Shown here in pieces: positions 21,526-31,398 of a stretch of DNA of 64,000 nt. The stretch is taken from IMG/VR virus record IMGVR_UViG_3300020037_004820; one strand, given 5' to 3'. Positions within the stretch are counted from its first letter, which is position 1, and each line of letters opens with the position of its first letter. Below the pieces are notes generated by a model. That model ran no database searches and was not told the origin of the DNA. It saw only the letters and a program-made list of their open reading frames with translations. The position numbers and the translations under genes were made by a program. The DNA is from a virus (Duplodnaviria; Caudoviricetes).

Positions 21526-22513
21526 AGAAAAAAAACAAATAATAATCGATATCTTAGGGGAATATGAGACAAGAGCAGGAGAAATCCTGTTTTTTTGTCC
21601 CAACTGTTCCCACAAAAACAAAAAACTTTCATTTAATTTCAAAAAGGATAAGTTCCAATGCTGGGTATGTGAATATTCTGGCAAATCTATTAAAAATTTC
21701 GTTAAAAAATTTGGAACTTACGAACAGCTTAAATCTTATACAGCATATGACGAATCTGTCACTCTTGATACAGTTTATCAAAATATATTTGGGCAAAAAG
21801 ATAAAATAAATCATATTGCAACCTGCGCTTTGCCAGAGGGATATGAATTCATTTACTATTCTAATAGTAAATTTGCGAAAGATGCTTTAAATTATCTAAT
21901 CAATGATAGAGGATTAACAGAGCAAGATATATATAAATGGCGTATAGGCATATGCAAGAATGGGGATTATTACAATCGTATAATAATCCCCTCATTTAAT
22001 TCTTCTGGAAATTGTAATTATTTTGTGGCAAGAGGGGTATATTCTGATACCAAATACACCTATTTGTACCCAAAAATAGAAAAAAGTCAAATAATTTTCA
22101 ATGAGCTAAATATAGATTGGAATAAACCTATATTTCTTACAGAAGGTTGTTTTGATGCTATAAAAATAGGTAAAAATGTGATACCATTGATTGGCAAGAC
22201 TATACCGATAGATGCAGAATTTTATTCTAAACTAATTGAGAAACTAATAATGTACCAGCCTGTTATCTATCTATGTTTTGATACAGATATAGTGGCGGGG
22301 CAACCTATAAATCGTTCTATAGAAATAGCTAAACTATTAATGTCCTACAGTTTATCAGAAATTTATATTTTAGATCCCGCAAAAGTTCGTAAAAAAGATT
22401 TTGGGGAATTGGATGATATAGAAAAGAAAATAGTAATGAATAATCCAGAACGGATTAATTCTAGATATGACCTTATAGAAAAGCAAATAAACATGTTAGA
22501 GGTGATGCTATGA
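21512..22513 (+). CDS. dnaG: DNA primase (Zn-finger + TOPRIM)
   Basis: CPNC..H...CWVC zinc finger, RIIIP, TEGCFDA, CFDTD, KDFGE; ATG 21512 preferred to the GTG at 21488. Confidence 0.88.
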   Translation: MINIEEKKQIIIDILGEYETRAGEILFFCPNCSHKNKKLSFNFKKDKFQCWVCEYSGKSIKNFVKKFGTYEQLKSYTAYDESVTLDTVYQNIFGQKDKINHIATCALPEGYEFIYYSNSKFAKDALNYLINDRGLTEQDIYKWRIGICKNGDYYNRIIIPSFNSSGNCNYFVARGVYSDTKYTYLYPKIEKSQIIFNELNIDWNKPIFLTEGCFDAIKIGKNVIPLIGKTIPIDAEFYSKLIEKLIMYQPVIYLCFDTDIVAGQPINRSIEIAKLLMSYSLSEIYILDPAKVRKKDFGELDDIEKKIVMNNPERINSRYDLIEKQINMLEVML

Positions 22514-22587
22514 TATCTATACGCTACAACGTTGATGTGTCAACTATATGTAAGTTAATAAAAAGAGAAAAAAAATGCCAAAAATAA
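22510..22587 (+). CDS. 25-aa bridging mini-ORF, HTH recognition-helix-like remnant
   Basis: MISIRYNVDVSTICKLIKREKKCQK; GAGGTG RBS; overlaps the primase stop (ATGA) and the SbcCD start. Confidence 0.35.
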   Translation: MISIRYNVDVSTICKLIKREKKCQK

Positions 22588-25547
22588 TTATATTGAGTGA
22601 TCTACACATTAAAAATAACGTTCGACATGATGAATATTTAAAATATTTCGGATATATAAAAGAACAGCTTCTGCGATATGAACCTGATTATGTATTATTT
22701 TGTGGAGATCTGTTTCATAGTAAAACTACTCTATCTCCTGACTCGTTTACTTATGCATATAAATTTCTAAAAATGCTTAGTATTTGTCCAAATACACAAG
22801 TAGTTGTCTTGGCCGGCAACCATGACATGAATGAGAAAAATTTAGATAAATTAGATGCAATTACCCCACTTTTTGAACATTTAGATTCCGAACGTTATTT
22901 CTATTGCAAAACTGCTAATGACATATTTTATGAAGATGTTGCTTTTAGACCTTATCCTTTATCTGATAAATCGAATTGGAAATTTGATAGAAATGGAATT
23001 GCCGATTCTGAAATACTAATCGGTTTATATCATGGTCCACTTAATGGGGTAAAGACAGATTTGGGATTTGTCTTCTCAGAAGGAAGAGATGTTAAAGAAT
23101 TTGAAAGTTGTGATTACTTGTTTTGTGGGGATATTCATAGTCTCACAGATTATACAGAGACTGGAACAAAAATAAGTGTTGGAAATCCTATTCAACAAGA
23201 TTTTGGTGAAAATACTAGAAAAGGAATGTGGCTCTATGAAATAGAATCCAGAACAAAATTCCAAAGACAATTTATAGAAATACCAAATTATTTTCCATAT
23301 ATAACATTAAATGCAGGCGAAGATATACCTACTTTGACGGAAGCAGATAAAGTAAGGTTCAGAATTTTTTCAAACATTTCTTATGAAGAAACTCAGGAAT
23401 ATGTAAAACAAGTTAAAAACGCTTTTGGTCAAAAAATACAATCTTTAACTATATCTAGAACTCCTGTAGCTAATATAGAAAATTCTATATCGAAAATAAT
23501 GACTTACAACGAGTATATAAAGGATAAAGACAATAAAGAAAAACTACTAGAATTGTACAATCTTTATATAAAAGAAGTAGAAGATATTTCCAATGTAAAT
23601 AACTGGAAAATAAAACAAATTACATGGAATAACTTGTTGAGTTATGAAGAGAATAACTTTATTGATTTTGAACAATTAGAAGGAAAAGCAATTGGTATTT
23701 TTGGAAAAAATTATAGCGGTAAAACGTCTGTAATTGACATTATATGTTTTGCACTATATGGATCATGGACTAAACCTTTTGTTAAACTTATTAATTTGAT
23801 AAATGATCGTAAAAAATCCGCAGATGTATCATTGGTATTGCAAATCAATAATAAAGAATACACAATTTATAGGAATCTAGAAAGAGTAGGGAAAACTTGT
23901 AAATCTACTCTAACTTTTAAGAATGTGACAGATAATTTAGAGCTGAATGAAGTAGATATAGGTTCTACGCAGAAATCTATAGAATCTTACATAGGTTCTA
24001 AGTCTCAATTTTTATTGACATCATTGTCAACACAATTTAATAACTTTTCTTTATTAGATGAAAAAAATACAAAGAGAAAAGAATATTTTTCTTCCTTTTT
24101 AGGTATAACGAAATACGAGCAAATTTATAAATTGGTTAAAGAGGATATAAAGACATTAAAAGATGAAATATCTGTATATAGTAAATTCTCTAATATAGAA
24201 GAGATTAATAAAAAAATAACTTTAGTAGATATTGATATTGAAAATGCTATCACAGAATTAAAAAGATTAGATAACATTATACAAAAACTATCTAGTATAG
24301 ATAAGACATATTATAAGACTATTGTAAAAAATAAAGAGCTTAGAAATAATACTCGATTTATGGAGCAACAACTCTCTCTTAAATTAGAAAGAAATAATAG
24401 AAAGATAGATGCTCTGTCAAAAGAAATTGTACAAGATATATATTGTCCTCAAGTTATTATTCCTGAGGAGGCTATGGAAGATATACATAGTTTATTAAAC
24501 ACTGTGAATTCCTTATCTGCTGGAATAATGAAGAAGAATTTTGAATTAGAAAAATGTCAAGAAGCAAAAAAATTATTGAATAGTGTCCCGTGTGGTACTC
24601 AATTTTTACAATGTAGATTTATCACCAATTCTAAAGCATTTATAGAAGTAGATGATGCAGCATTATTAGGAAGTATAAAAGCTCTTCAAACGGAATTGAC
24701 TGAAACTAAAGAAAAGATAAAAGCCGTCGAATATCAGAATGATCTCATTAAGAAAAATATAGCCAAAAATAAAGAATTTGAAAAAATAGTTCAAAAAAAT
24801 GAGTTAATTAAAAAACAAATAAACGATTTAGCTAAAGAACGAGAAGAAGATGTTCACGAATATAATGAATTATATAATACACTAAAACGTTTGGATGTGA
24901 TAGTGGATCAAGATTCTTTTAAAGAAAAAGAAATTGAAATAGCAATTAAAGAAGAATTAGAAATACATAAGTTACGTGTTGCTTTTGAAGGAAGTTTGAA
25001 AGTTTCGGAAATACAAAAAAAAGAACTTCAAAATACGTTAGACGTTATTTCTTCAAAACAACTTTCCTTAAGCTATTTGGAAGAATTTTCTGACACTGTT
25101 GGGAAAAATGGAATTATAGTTTCAATTCTAAATCAATATATACCTGCTATTGCAGATTTTGTTAATAATATATTAATCAATTTCGTAGACTTCAAAATAT
25201 CTATAGATATAGAAAACGATAAAGATATAGAAATTTATATAGAAGATTCGTTCTCATCAAGATTGGTAGAAACCTGTTCAGGCTCTCAAATGACGATCAT
25301 TGCGTATGCTCTACGTATGGCACTACTGTATTACTGCCAAATACCTTCCTGTAATTTGGTAATAATGGACGAACCTGCGACGGCCTTAGACTCAGATCAC
25401 TTAGCGGATTTCTCTAAATTGCTAGACATGCTTAAGTTGAATAATAAAACCATTATGATGGTTACACATATTATGATGCTTAAAGATTTTATGGAGGTAT
25501 CTTTACTCGTTGACAAGACTTCTGGATATTCTAAAATAATTTGCTAA
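22575..25547 (+). CDS. Fused SbcD-SbcC (Mre11-Rad50, gp47-gp46-like) nuclease/ATPase
   Basis: Phosphoesterase motifs SDLH, GDLFH, GNHD, YHG, GDIH; Walker A GKNYSGKT; coiled coil with PCGTQFLQC; signature CSGSQ; Walker B IMDEP; H-loop VTH. Confidence 0.9.
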   Translation: MPKIIILSDLHIKNNVRHDEYLKYFGYIKEQLLRYEPDYVLFCGDLFHSKTTLSPDSFTYAYKFLKMLSICPNTQVVVLAGNHDMNEKNLDKLDAITPLFEHLDSERYFYCKTANDIFYEDVAFRPYPLSDKSNWKFDRNGIADSEILIGLYHGPLNGVKTDLGFVFSEGRDVKEFESCDYLFCGDIHSLTDYTETGTKISVGNPIQQDFGENTRKGMWLYEIESRTKFQRQFIEIPNYFPYITLNAGEDIPTLTEADKVRFRIFSNISYEETQEYVKQVKNAFGQKIQSLTISRTPVANIENSISKIMTYNEYIKDKDNKEKLLELYNLYIKEVEDISNVNNWKIKQITWNNLLSYEENNFIDFEQLEGKAIGIFGKNYSGKTSVIDIICFALYGSWTKPFVKLINLINDRKKSADVSLVLQINNKEYTIYRNLERVGKTCKSTLTFKNVTDNLELNEVDIGSTQKSIESYIGSKSQFLLTSLSTQFNNFSLLDEKNTKRKEYFSSFLGITKYEQIYKLVKEDIKTLKDEISVYSKFSNIEEINKKITLVDIDIENAITELKRLDNIIQKLSSIDKTYYKTIVKNKELRNNTRFMEQQLSLKLERNNRKIDALSKEIVQDIYCPQVIIPEEAMEDIHSLLNTVNSLSAGIMKKNFELEKCQEAKKLLNSVPCGTQFLQCRFITNSKAFIEVDDAALLGSIKALQTELTETKEKIKAVEYQNDLIKKNIAKNKEFEKIVQKNELIKKQINDLAKEREEDVHEYNELYNTLKRLDVIVDQDSFKEKEIEIAIKEELEIHKLRVAFEGSLKVSEIQKKELQNTLDVISSKQLSLSYLEEFSDTVGKNGIIVSILNQYIPAIADFVNNILINFVDFKISIDIENDKDIEIYIEDSFSSRLVETCSGSQMTIIAYALRMALLYYCQIPSCNLVIMDEPATALDSDHLADFSKLLDMLKLNNKTIMMVTHIMMLKDFMEVSLLVDKTSGYSKIIC

Positions 25548-25551
25548 TTAT
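25544..25551 (+). promoter_or_regulatory. Putative late-promoter motif CTAATTAT
   Basis: CTAWTTA before GAGG RBS and ATG 25571. Confidence 0.5.
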
Positions 25552-25570
25552 GTAAGATTAAGAGGAAAAC

Positions 25571-25939
25571 ATGACAATGAAAGAAAGAATTAAAGGATTT
25601 TTGGACAAATATCTTAACAAGTTTATTTCTAGAAAACTTTTTGTTTTTATCGTAGGAACAGTTCTTTTATGTACTGGATTGATTAATGCAGAAATTTGGT
25701 TAACTCTTTCATCTTTTTATATAACCGCAGAAGGTGTAAAAGATTGGACAGTTGCGAATAATACATCTAAGTCTACAACAACAGTTACTACAAATACAGA
25801 TAAAGCAAATTCATCTATATCGGTAACAAAAGGCGGAACAACGGGTACACCTCCAACAGAACCATTAGATGTAAAAGTAATAAATACAGAACCTATTTCT
25901 GTAGAAACGGAGGATGGAACTTATGGTAGACAAGGTTAA
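25571..25939 (+). CDS. Putative holin-like membrane protein
   Basis: SRKLFVFIVGTVLL and a second hydrophobic segment; dual-start-like MTMK; hydrophilic tail. Confidence 0.55.
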   Translation: MTMKERIKGFLDKYLNKFISRKLFVFIVGTVLLCTGLINAEIWLTLSSFYITAEGVKDWTVANNTSKSTTTVTTNTDKANSSISVTKGGTTGTPPTEPLDVKVINTEPISVETEDGTYGRQG

Positions 25940-26282
25940 AAGATTTTTTAAGAAATATGGAATAATTGCATATACTATTGTTACTCTAGCCATTGCTGTT
26001 GTAGTTTTATTGGTAGTTTGCGTAGTATCCGCTGGACGTTTTGATTTGAAAAAAATTACAGATAAGTTAGATGTAGTTATAGACTCTTCTAGAGATAAAC
26101 TTACAGATATTAAAATAGATGAAGTATCTGTTAAAATAGAGAAAAAAGTTGCTTTAGAACAAGCAACTAAAGAAAAAGAAGTTCTTATTAAAAAATATAC
26201 GATAGTAAAAGCTATTACCGATAAAAAGAAAAGAGTTGACGCACTTATAGCTTTAAATAAATCTATTGAGGTAAAATTATGA
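25914..26282 (+). CDS. N-terminally membrane-anchored coiled-coil protein (i-spanin-like)
   Basis: Long TM (IIAYTIVTLAIAVVVLLVVCVV) followed by a K/E-rich helix; overlaps the holin-like gene. Confidence 0.45.
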   Translation: MELMVDKVKRFFKKYGIIAYTIVTLAIAVVVLLVVCVVSAGRFDLKKITDKLDVVIDSSRDKLTDIKIDEVSVKIEKKVALEQATKEKEVLIKKYTIVKAITDKKKRVDALIALNKSIEVKL

Positions 26283-26725
26283 AAAAAAGTTTTCTTATAT
26301 TTTTAACTTTATTGCTTAGTTTATTTCCAATTAAAAATGTATCATATGCTCAAGAAGAAACAGGTCCTCCTATACAACTTGTAGAGAAATTTGAACCTCA
26401 TTATTTGGAAGTGCTGCAAGATGGAATATTACAATCTGGAGTGTTCATAACAGAACAAGATTATTCCTTTTATACTAATCTAAAAATAGAATTTAATTTT
26501 GTACAAAAACAGCTTCAAATTTATGAAACATATAGTGAAGGTTTAGATAAAATTATACAAGATCATAAAGCATTATCTGAGAATATACTAAAAGATGTTC
26601 AAGAAGTTAGAGAAATGGTAATAGATGCTCAAGATTCTTGGTGGAATAATAATAAATTCTATATAGGAGTAGCTGCGGGCGCTATAATTACAGGACTAAT
26701 TATAGCAGGCGCAAATGCATTATGA
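26279..26725 (+). CDS. Exported coiled-coil protein with C-terminal TM (spanin-like)
   Basis: Signal peptide MKKSFLIFLTLLL..SYA, helical middle, C-terminal FYIGVAAGAIITGLIIAG. Confidence 0.45.
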   Translation: MKKSFLIFLTLLLSLFPIKNVSYAQEETGPPIQLVEKFEPHYLEVLQDGILQSGVFITEQDYSFYTNLKIEFNFVQKQLQIYETYSEGLDKIIQDHKALSENILKDVQEVREMVIDAQDSWWNNNKFYIGVAAGAIITGLIIAGANAL

Positions 26726-27012
26726 ATTTACAAGAAGTAGAGAAATATTACGAGAAAAAATTTTCCGAAAAAATAACTGTTATAACTGCTAAGCAAAAAG
26801 AATCTAAATATATAGAAATATTGGAAAATAAAATAGAGAATGAATCTATAGAAAAAGAAGGTTTTACACTTACTATACCTATAAGAAAAAGATCATTATT
26901 TGAAAATAAATGTAAACATTGTGGAAATGGATGCGTAAAAGATAACGATAGATTTTATTATTCGAAATATAAGACATGTCATCATTGTGCTATATTACAT
27001 GAGGAGAGATAA
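26722..27012 (+). CDS. Small zinc-finger protein
   Basis: CKHC...CHHC; ATGA coupling. Confidence 0.6.
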   Translation: MNLQEVEKYYEKKFSEKITVITAKQKESKYIEILENKIENESIEKEGFTLTIPIRKRSLFENKCKHCGNGCVKDNDRFYYSKYKTCHHCAILHEER

Positions 27013-27013
27013 A

Positions 27014-27535
27014 ATGCCTGAAAAAAAACTAACTGCACCGGAAATTATGTCTGCGATAGCCACCGCAGTTTATCAAACAGCAGATTCCACAGATTCTAAA
27101 AAAGTTAACACTTACGATGATGATCATGAAATGCCTTATTGGGTTAGTTATGAAGATCCTGTAAGTGCAGTTAAATGCAAATTTAGAGATAACAAATTGC
27201 TTATCATGTTCACTGTTGAACTTATAAATGCTCTAAAATTGACAAATCATTACTCCAATAAAGTAGACGCTAAATTAGAAGATATAGTTTCTCAAATAAA
27301 AACTAAATATAAAGAAATAACTGGTAAAACTTTAGGTTTAACTAAATTTGGAGATACTTTTGAACAATCCACTGTTATTTCAAATAGACAACAAACTAAA
27401 ACATATTTTTGTGTATATGAGATAGCGGGTATAGAATCTGTGGAGAAACAGAATGCTAAGGAAGTGAAAGAACTATTACAAAATGCTTTAGATAAAGCAG
27501 AAAAGGTAACAGGGCTTAGCGTTCGATCTAAATAA
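27014..27535 (+). CDS. Hypothetical protein upstream of terminase
   Basis: ATG 27014 follows GAGGAG. Confidence 0.55.
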   Translation: MPEKKLTAPEIMSAIATAVYQTADSTDSKKVNTYDDDHEMPYWVSYEDPVSAVKCKFRDNKLLIMFTVELINALKLTNHYSNKVDAKLEDIVSQIKTKYKEITGKTLGLTKFGDTFEQSTVISNRQQTKTYFCVYEIAGIESVEKQNAKEVKELLQNALDKAEKVTGLSVRSK

Positions 27536-27537
27536 TA

Positions 27538-29226
27538 ATGCTATCAACTTTAAAAAACAAAGTAACTCCCGCTAAAACAATTTCTAAAACAGACCAAGCT
27601 TCCGAAATTAGAAGATGTAGTAAAGATCCAGCCCATTTTGCTAAAAATTATATCTATATTAAGCATAAAAGTGGAAAGGCTATAAAATTTAAACTGTGGG
27701 ATTTTCAAGAAGAAGCTTTACACGCCTTTAGAGATAACAGTAAAAATATTATTCTGAAAAGCCGTCAAATGGGTATTACCGAATTGATGGCCATGTATAT
27801 TTTATGGTTAACGCTTTTTAGCAGTGACAAAAACGTCATAGTTGTGTCTAAAAATGCTAGACAGGCAGCCCAAATCGTTAAGCGTATAAAATACGCATAT
27901 AAAAAACTTCCAGTCTGGCTTAAAGTCGCAAAGATGGTGTCAGACAACGTTCACACAATAGAGTTCAGTAATGACTCTATTATATTCGCAGATGCAACTA
28001 CTCCAGACGCAGGACGTGGTGAAGCATGTTCTTTATTCGTGGTTGACGAAGCAGCCTTCATTCCTGTATTTGAAGAAATGTGGGGATCAGTAGAACCTAC
28101 TATCAACAATGGTGGAGCTTGTATAATTGCATCTACACCTAACGGTGGAGCTGGAGAATTCTACAATCTTTATACTAATGCGCCTAAAAATGGATTAAAT
28201 CCAATTAAAATTGAATGGGATATGCATCCTGATAGAGATGAAGAGTGGTATGAAGAAACTAAACGCTCTATGTCTCCTAAAAAATTCGCACAAGAATATT
28301 TATGTTCTTTCCTATTGTCAGGAGATACAGTTGTTGATGGTGAAGATATTTTAAGACATGAAAAATGCATAAAAGATCCAATAGAAGAAATGGGGCCTGA
28401 ACGTGCTGTCTGGAAATGGGTAGAATACAACCCTTCTCATAGATATTTAGTATCATGCGATACGGCCAGAGGAGACGGCGAAGACTTTTCAGCATTTGTT
28501 GTAATTGATGCAGATACTTTAGAGATAGCATGTGAATATAAAGGGAAAATAAAAGTAAATAAATTTGCTGAGCTAATTTCGTATTGTGGATACGATTATG
28601 GCACATGTTTAGTTGTAGTAGAAAATAATACATACGGACTAGCTGTTTTAACAAAACTTATAGAACTTAAATATCCTATGATATATGGAGAAGAGAAAGG
28701 TGGAAAAATCCATTTTGATGGATATGTGGATTGGGATCTGGACGATGTTGTACCAGGATTTAGAACTGACTTAGCTTCTAGAGTTCTAAGTATAGATAAG
28801 TTAGAAGAATCTTTCAGATTAGACAGAGTTATAACTTATTCTAAAAGATGTATTGAAGAGCTTAGAAACTTTATTTACGAAAATGGTAAACCTCAAGCTA
28901 GAAAAGGGACAAATGATGATATTGTCATTTCTCTTGCTATTGGACTATTCGTATGCTCCGTTGTATTTGGATCTAAAGATTCTGATCTAGATATGACTAG
29001 GAGATTATTAGAAAATATACGAAAAATAGATTATTCTATCAATTATAAAACTTCCCAAGAAAAGGGATTTAATTCTGAGGATAATATTTATAGACAACAT
29101 CCTTCTGATCCTTATTGTGGTATCTATAGAGATCAAACAATTGATTTTAGATGGGTTTTAGGGAACAGAAAAGCTCCTGAGAAAGTAGAAAATAAAGGAG
29201 TAGACTTTTTAGGAACATTGAGGTAA
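27538..29226 (+). CDS. terL: Terminase large subunit (T4 gp17-like)
   Basis: LWDFQ, KSRQMG, Walker B VVDEAAF, ASTPNG, FAQEY, nuclease SCDTARG..DFSA, NDDIV. Confidence 0.95.
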   Translation: MLSTLKNKVTPAKTISKTDQASEIRRCSKDPAHFAKNYIYIKHKSGKAIKFKLWDFQEEALHAFRDNSKNIILKSRQMGITELMAMYILWLTLFSSDKNVIVVSKNARQAAQIVKRIKYAYKKLPVWLKVAKMVSDNVHTIEFSNDSIIFADATTPDAGRGEACSLFVVDEAAFIPVFEEMWGSVEPTINNGGACIIASTPNGGAGEFYNLYTNAPKNGLNPIKIEWDMHPDRDEEWYEETKRSMSPKKFAQEYLCSFLLSGDTVVDGEDILRHEKCIKDPIEEMGPERAVWKWVEYNPSHRYLVSCDTARGDGEDFSAFVVIDADTLEIACEYKGKIKVNKFAELISYCGYDYGTCLVVVENNTYGLAVLTKLIELKYPMIYGEEKGGKIHFDGYVDWDLDDVVPGFRTDLASRVLSIDKLEESFRLDRVITYSKRCIEELRNFIYENGKPQARKGTNDDIVISLAIGLFVCSVVFGSKDSDLDMTRRLLENIRKIDYSINYKTSQEKGFNSEDNIYRQHPSDPYCGIYRDQTIDFRWVLGNRKAPEKVENKGVDFLGTLR

Positions 29227-29229
29227 CTT

Positions 29230-31398
29230 ATGCCAAACGATAAAGCAGAATATTTTGCAAAAATAAGGGAAGCTAAAAAAGAAAAAGCTAAAACAGTTTA
29301 TAATCCATCTAACGTATTATATAACAAATTAACTAAGTTCTTCTCTGGACCTGTTGTAAAATTTAAAACTCCAGACATTGCTAATACAAATAAAATAAAT
29401 CTTTCTAAACATGATTGGAAAGATTCATTTCATACACCATTTAAGCGAACAGAAGAATATTTTCTTATAAATGAAGCGCAAATTGAGCAAAATCAAGAAA
29501 CAGCAAGAATGGAAAGATATGTTGATCTTGAAAATATGGAATTATCTCCTCCTGAGATTAAAGTTGCGTTAGATATATATGCGGATGAAATAACTTGTTA
29601 TACAGAATTTTCTCCTATATTAAAAATTATTTGTCCTAAAGATGAAATACGAGAAATATTACGTTCATTATTTTATGATACTTTGAATGTGCCTATGAAT
29701 CTCTTTAGATGGGTTCGTGCAATGTGTTCAAAAGGTGATTTCTTTTTATTTTTAGATATAGATCCAAAATTAGGAGTAGTTGGAACTAAAGCATTACCCA
29801 CTATGGCTATTCAAAGATTAGAAGGCGAAGATCCTACTAATCCAAACTATATTCAATTTCAATGGAATGATAAAGGAATAACATTTGAAAATGTTGAAAT
29901 AGCTCACTTTAGAATATTAGGAAATGATAAATATTATCCATATGGTACAAGTATCTTAGATGCTTCTAGAAAAATTACCAAACAACTAAATTTAATGATC
30001 GAACATATGATGACATATCGTATAGTAAGATCGTCTGAAAAAAGAGCTTTTTATTATGATATTGGTGGTATGCCAAGCACAGAGCAAGAGACTTATTTAG
30101 AAAAAGCTATTAGTAAAACAAAAAGACAATCTGTTATCAATGCAGATAATGGTCAATTAGACCTAAGATATAATGTAGTAGGAGTTGAAGAAGATTATCA
30201 TATCCCTACACGAAAAGGTTCTGAAACTAGAATCGAGCCACTTCCGGGTGGACAATTTGTGGGAGACATAGAAGACGTTGAATTCCTAAGAGATCAATTG
30301 TTTACATCTCTAAAAATTCCTGGCTCATATCTGACTAATAAAAACGCAGATGGAGAACAGAATTCATTAGCACAGAAGAGTATGCTTTTCGCAAAAGAGA
30401 TAACAAGAATTCAGCATTCTGTTGTTGCCGAGTTGCGTAAGATAGCAATGGTGCATCTTATAACATTAGGATATACAGGTAAAGATATTTTATCTTTTGA
30501 TATTAGATTAAATAATCCTTCTAAACTTGCGGAAATGCAAGAATTTGAACATCTTAAATTAAAATCTGAAGCGGCTTCCCTATTGTCAGATCATAATTTA
30601 AGTAAGAGATGGATTCAATCTAATATATTTGGTTTTTCTCCTGATGAGATTAAGCAAAATGTTTACGAAATTCTGGGTGATGCTAAATTCCAAGCAATTC
30701 TCTCTAATATAGAGAATGCAGTTGCAGGTGGAGGAGTTCCAGGGATGGATGGAGGAGGCGGTGCAGGTGGTGCATTAGGTGGACCATCCCCAGATGGATC
30801 TATTCCTGGATTAGACCAAATGGCTGGAGGAGAAGGTGAGCCACAAGCTAACCCTGAAGATGAATTTGTACAATTAGGAGGAGAAGGTGGAGGAATGATG
30901 CCACCGGGGGAACAAGGACGAAGAAGTGATGGTGAATCCAGATTCCTAACTCCTAAATCTCTACGTTCTTATCAAACAGCTAATTCTAGAGGAAATGCGC
31001 ATAGTAAAACAACCTCAGATGGAAGAAACCAAAGATTCAATCAAATGAATGCAACAACAGGAAGAAATGTTGTTAGAAGCAATCATAAAGCTATTGCACA
31101 TGGTTATGATCATTTGATTGCAGGAATTTTCCCTTCTTTACATAATGAAAATAATGTATTAAATGACGAACAACTTCTTACTGAAGAAAATTTGATAACA
31201 AATATAGAGCATTCCATGGTGGAATCTATCAATCTTCTATCTAGTATAGATGAAGATCGTAAAGAGCGAAAGCAACTTATTAACAAAAGTTTAGCTAATT
31301 ACAAACAAGATGAAGTCGTGAATAAAATAGTTACAGATAGAAAACAAAGAATAGATGAATATATAAAAACCATTCATTTTACAGGGAGAACATCATGA
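29230..31398 (+). CDS. Portal protein (T4 gp20-like) with long Gly-rich C-terminal extension
   Basis: ALDIYADE, YRIVRSSEKRAFYYDIG, EEDYHIP, IEPLPGG, DIEDVEFLRDQLFTSLKIP. Confidence 0.93.
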   Translation: MPNDKAEYFAKIREAKKEKAKTVYNPSNVLYNKLTKFFSGPVVKFKTPDIANTNKINLSKHDWKDSFHTPFKRTEEYFLINEAQIEQNQETARMERYVDLENMELSPPEIKVALDIYADEITCYTEFSPILKIICPKDEIREILRSLFYDTLNVPMNLFRWVRAMCSKGDFFLFLDIDPKLGVVGTKALPTMAIQRLEGEDPTNPNYIQFQWNDKGITFENVEIAHFRILGNDKYYPYGTSILDASRKITKQLNLMIEHMMTYRIVRSSEKRAFYYDIGGMPSTEQETYLEKAISKTKRQSVINADNGQLDLRYNVVGVEEDYHIPTRKGSETRIEPLPGGQFVGDIEDVEFLRDQLFTSLKIPGSYLTNKNADGEQNSLAQKSMLFAKEITRIQHSVVAELRKIAMVHLITLGYTGKDILSFDIRLNNPSKLAEMQEFEHLKLKSEAASLLSDHNLSKRWIQSNIFGFSPDEIKQNVYEILGDAKFQAILSNIENAVAGGGVPGMDGGGGAGGALGGPSPDGSIPGLDQMAGGEGEPQANPEDEFVQLGGEGGGMMPPGEQGRRSDGESRFLTPKSLRSYQTANSRGNAHSKTTSDGRNQRFNQMNATTGRNVVRSNHKAIAHGYDHLIAGIFPSLHNENNVLNDEQLLTEENLITNIEHSMVESINLLSSIDEDRKERKQLINKSLANYKQDEVVNKIVTDRKQRIDEYIKTIHFTGRTS

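Noticed and set aside
21564-21809. Short alternative-frame + strand ORFs nested in genes (also 17215, 35151, 55227, 61061, 62399)
   Set aside because: Fully nested in conserved genes, with no motif support
25510-25537. Sigma70-like TTGACA-16-TAAAAT at the end of SbcCD
   Set aside because: It lies in coding sequence of an AT-rich genome and could be chance; the adjacent CTAWTTA motif explains expression better
27538-29226. Inteins in terminase (also checked helicase, RecA, RNR)
   Set aside because: Lengths are normal, with no C...HN splice motifs or LAGLIDADG blocks
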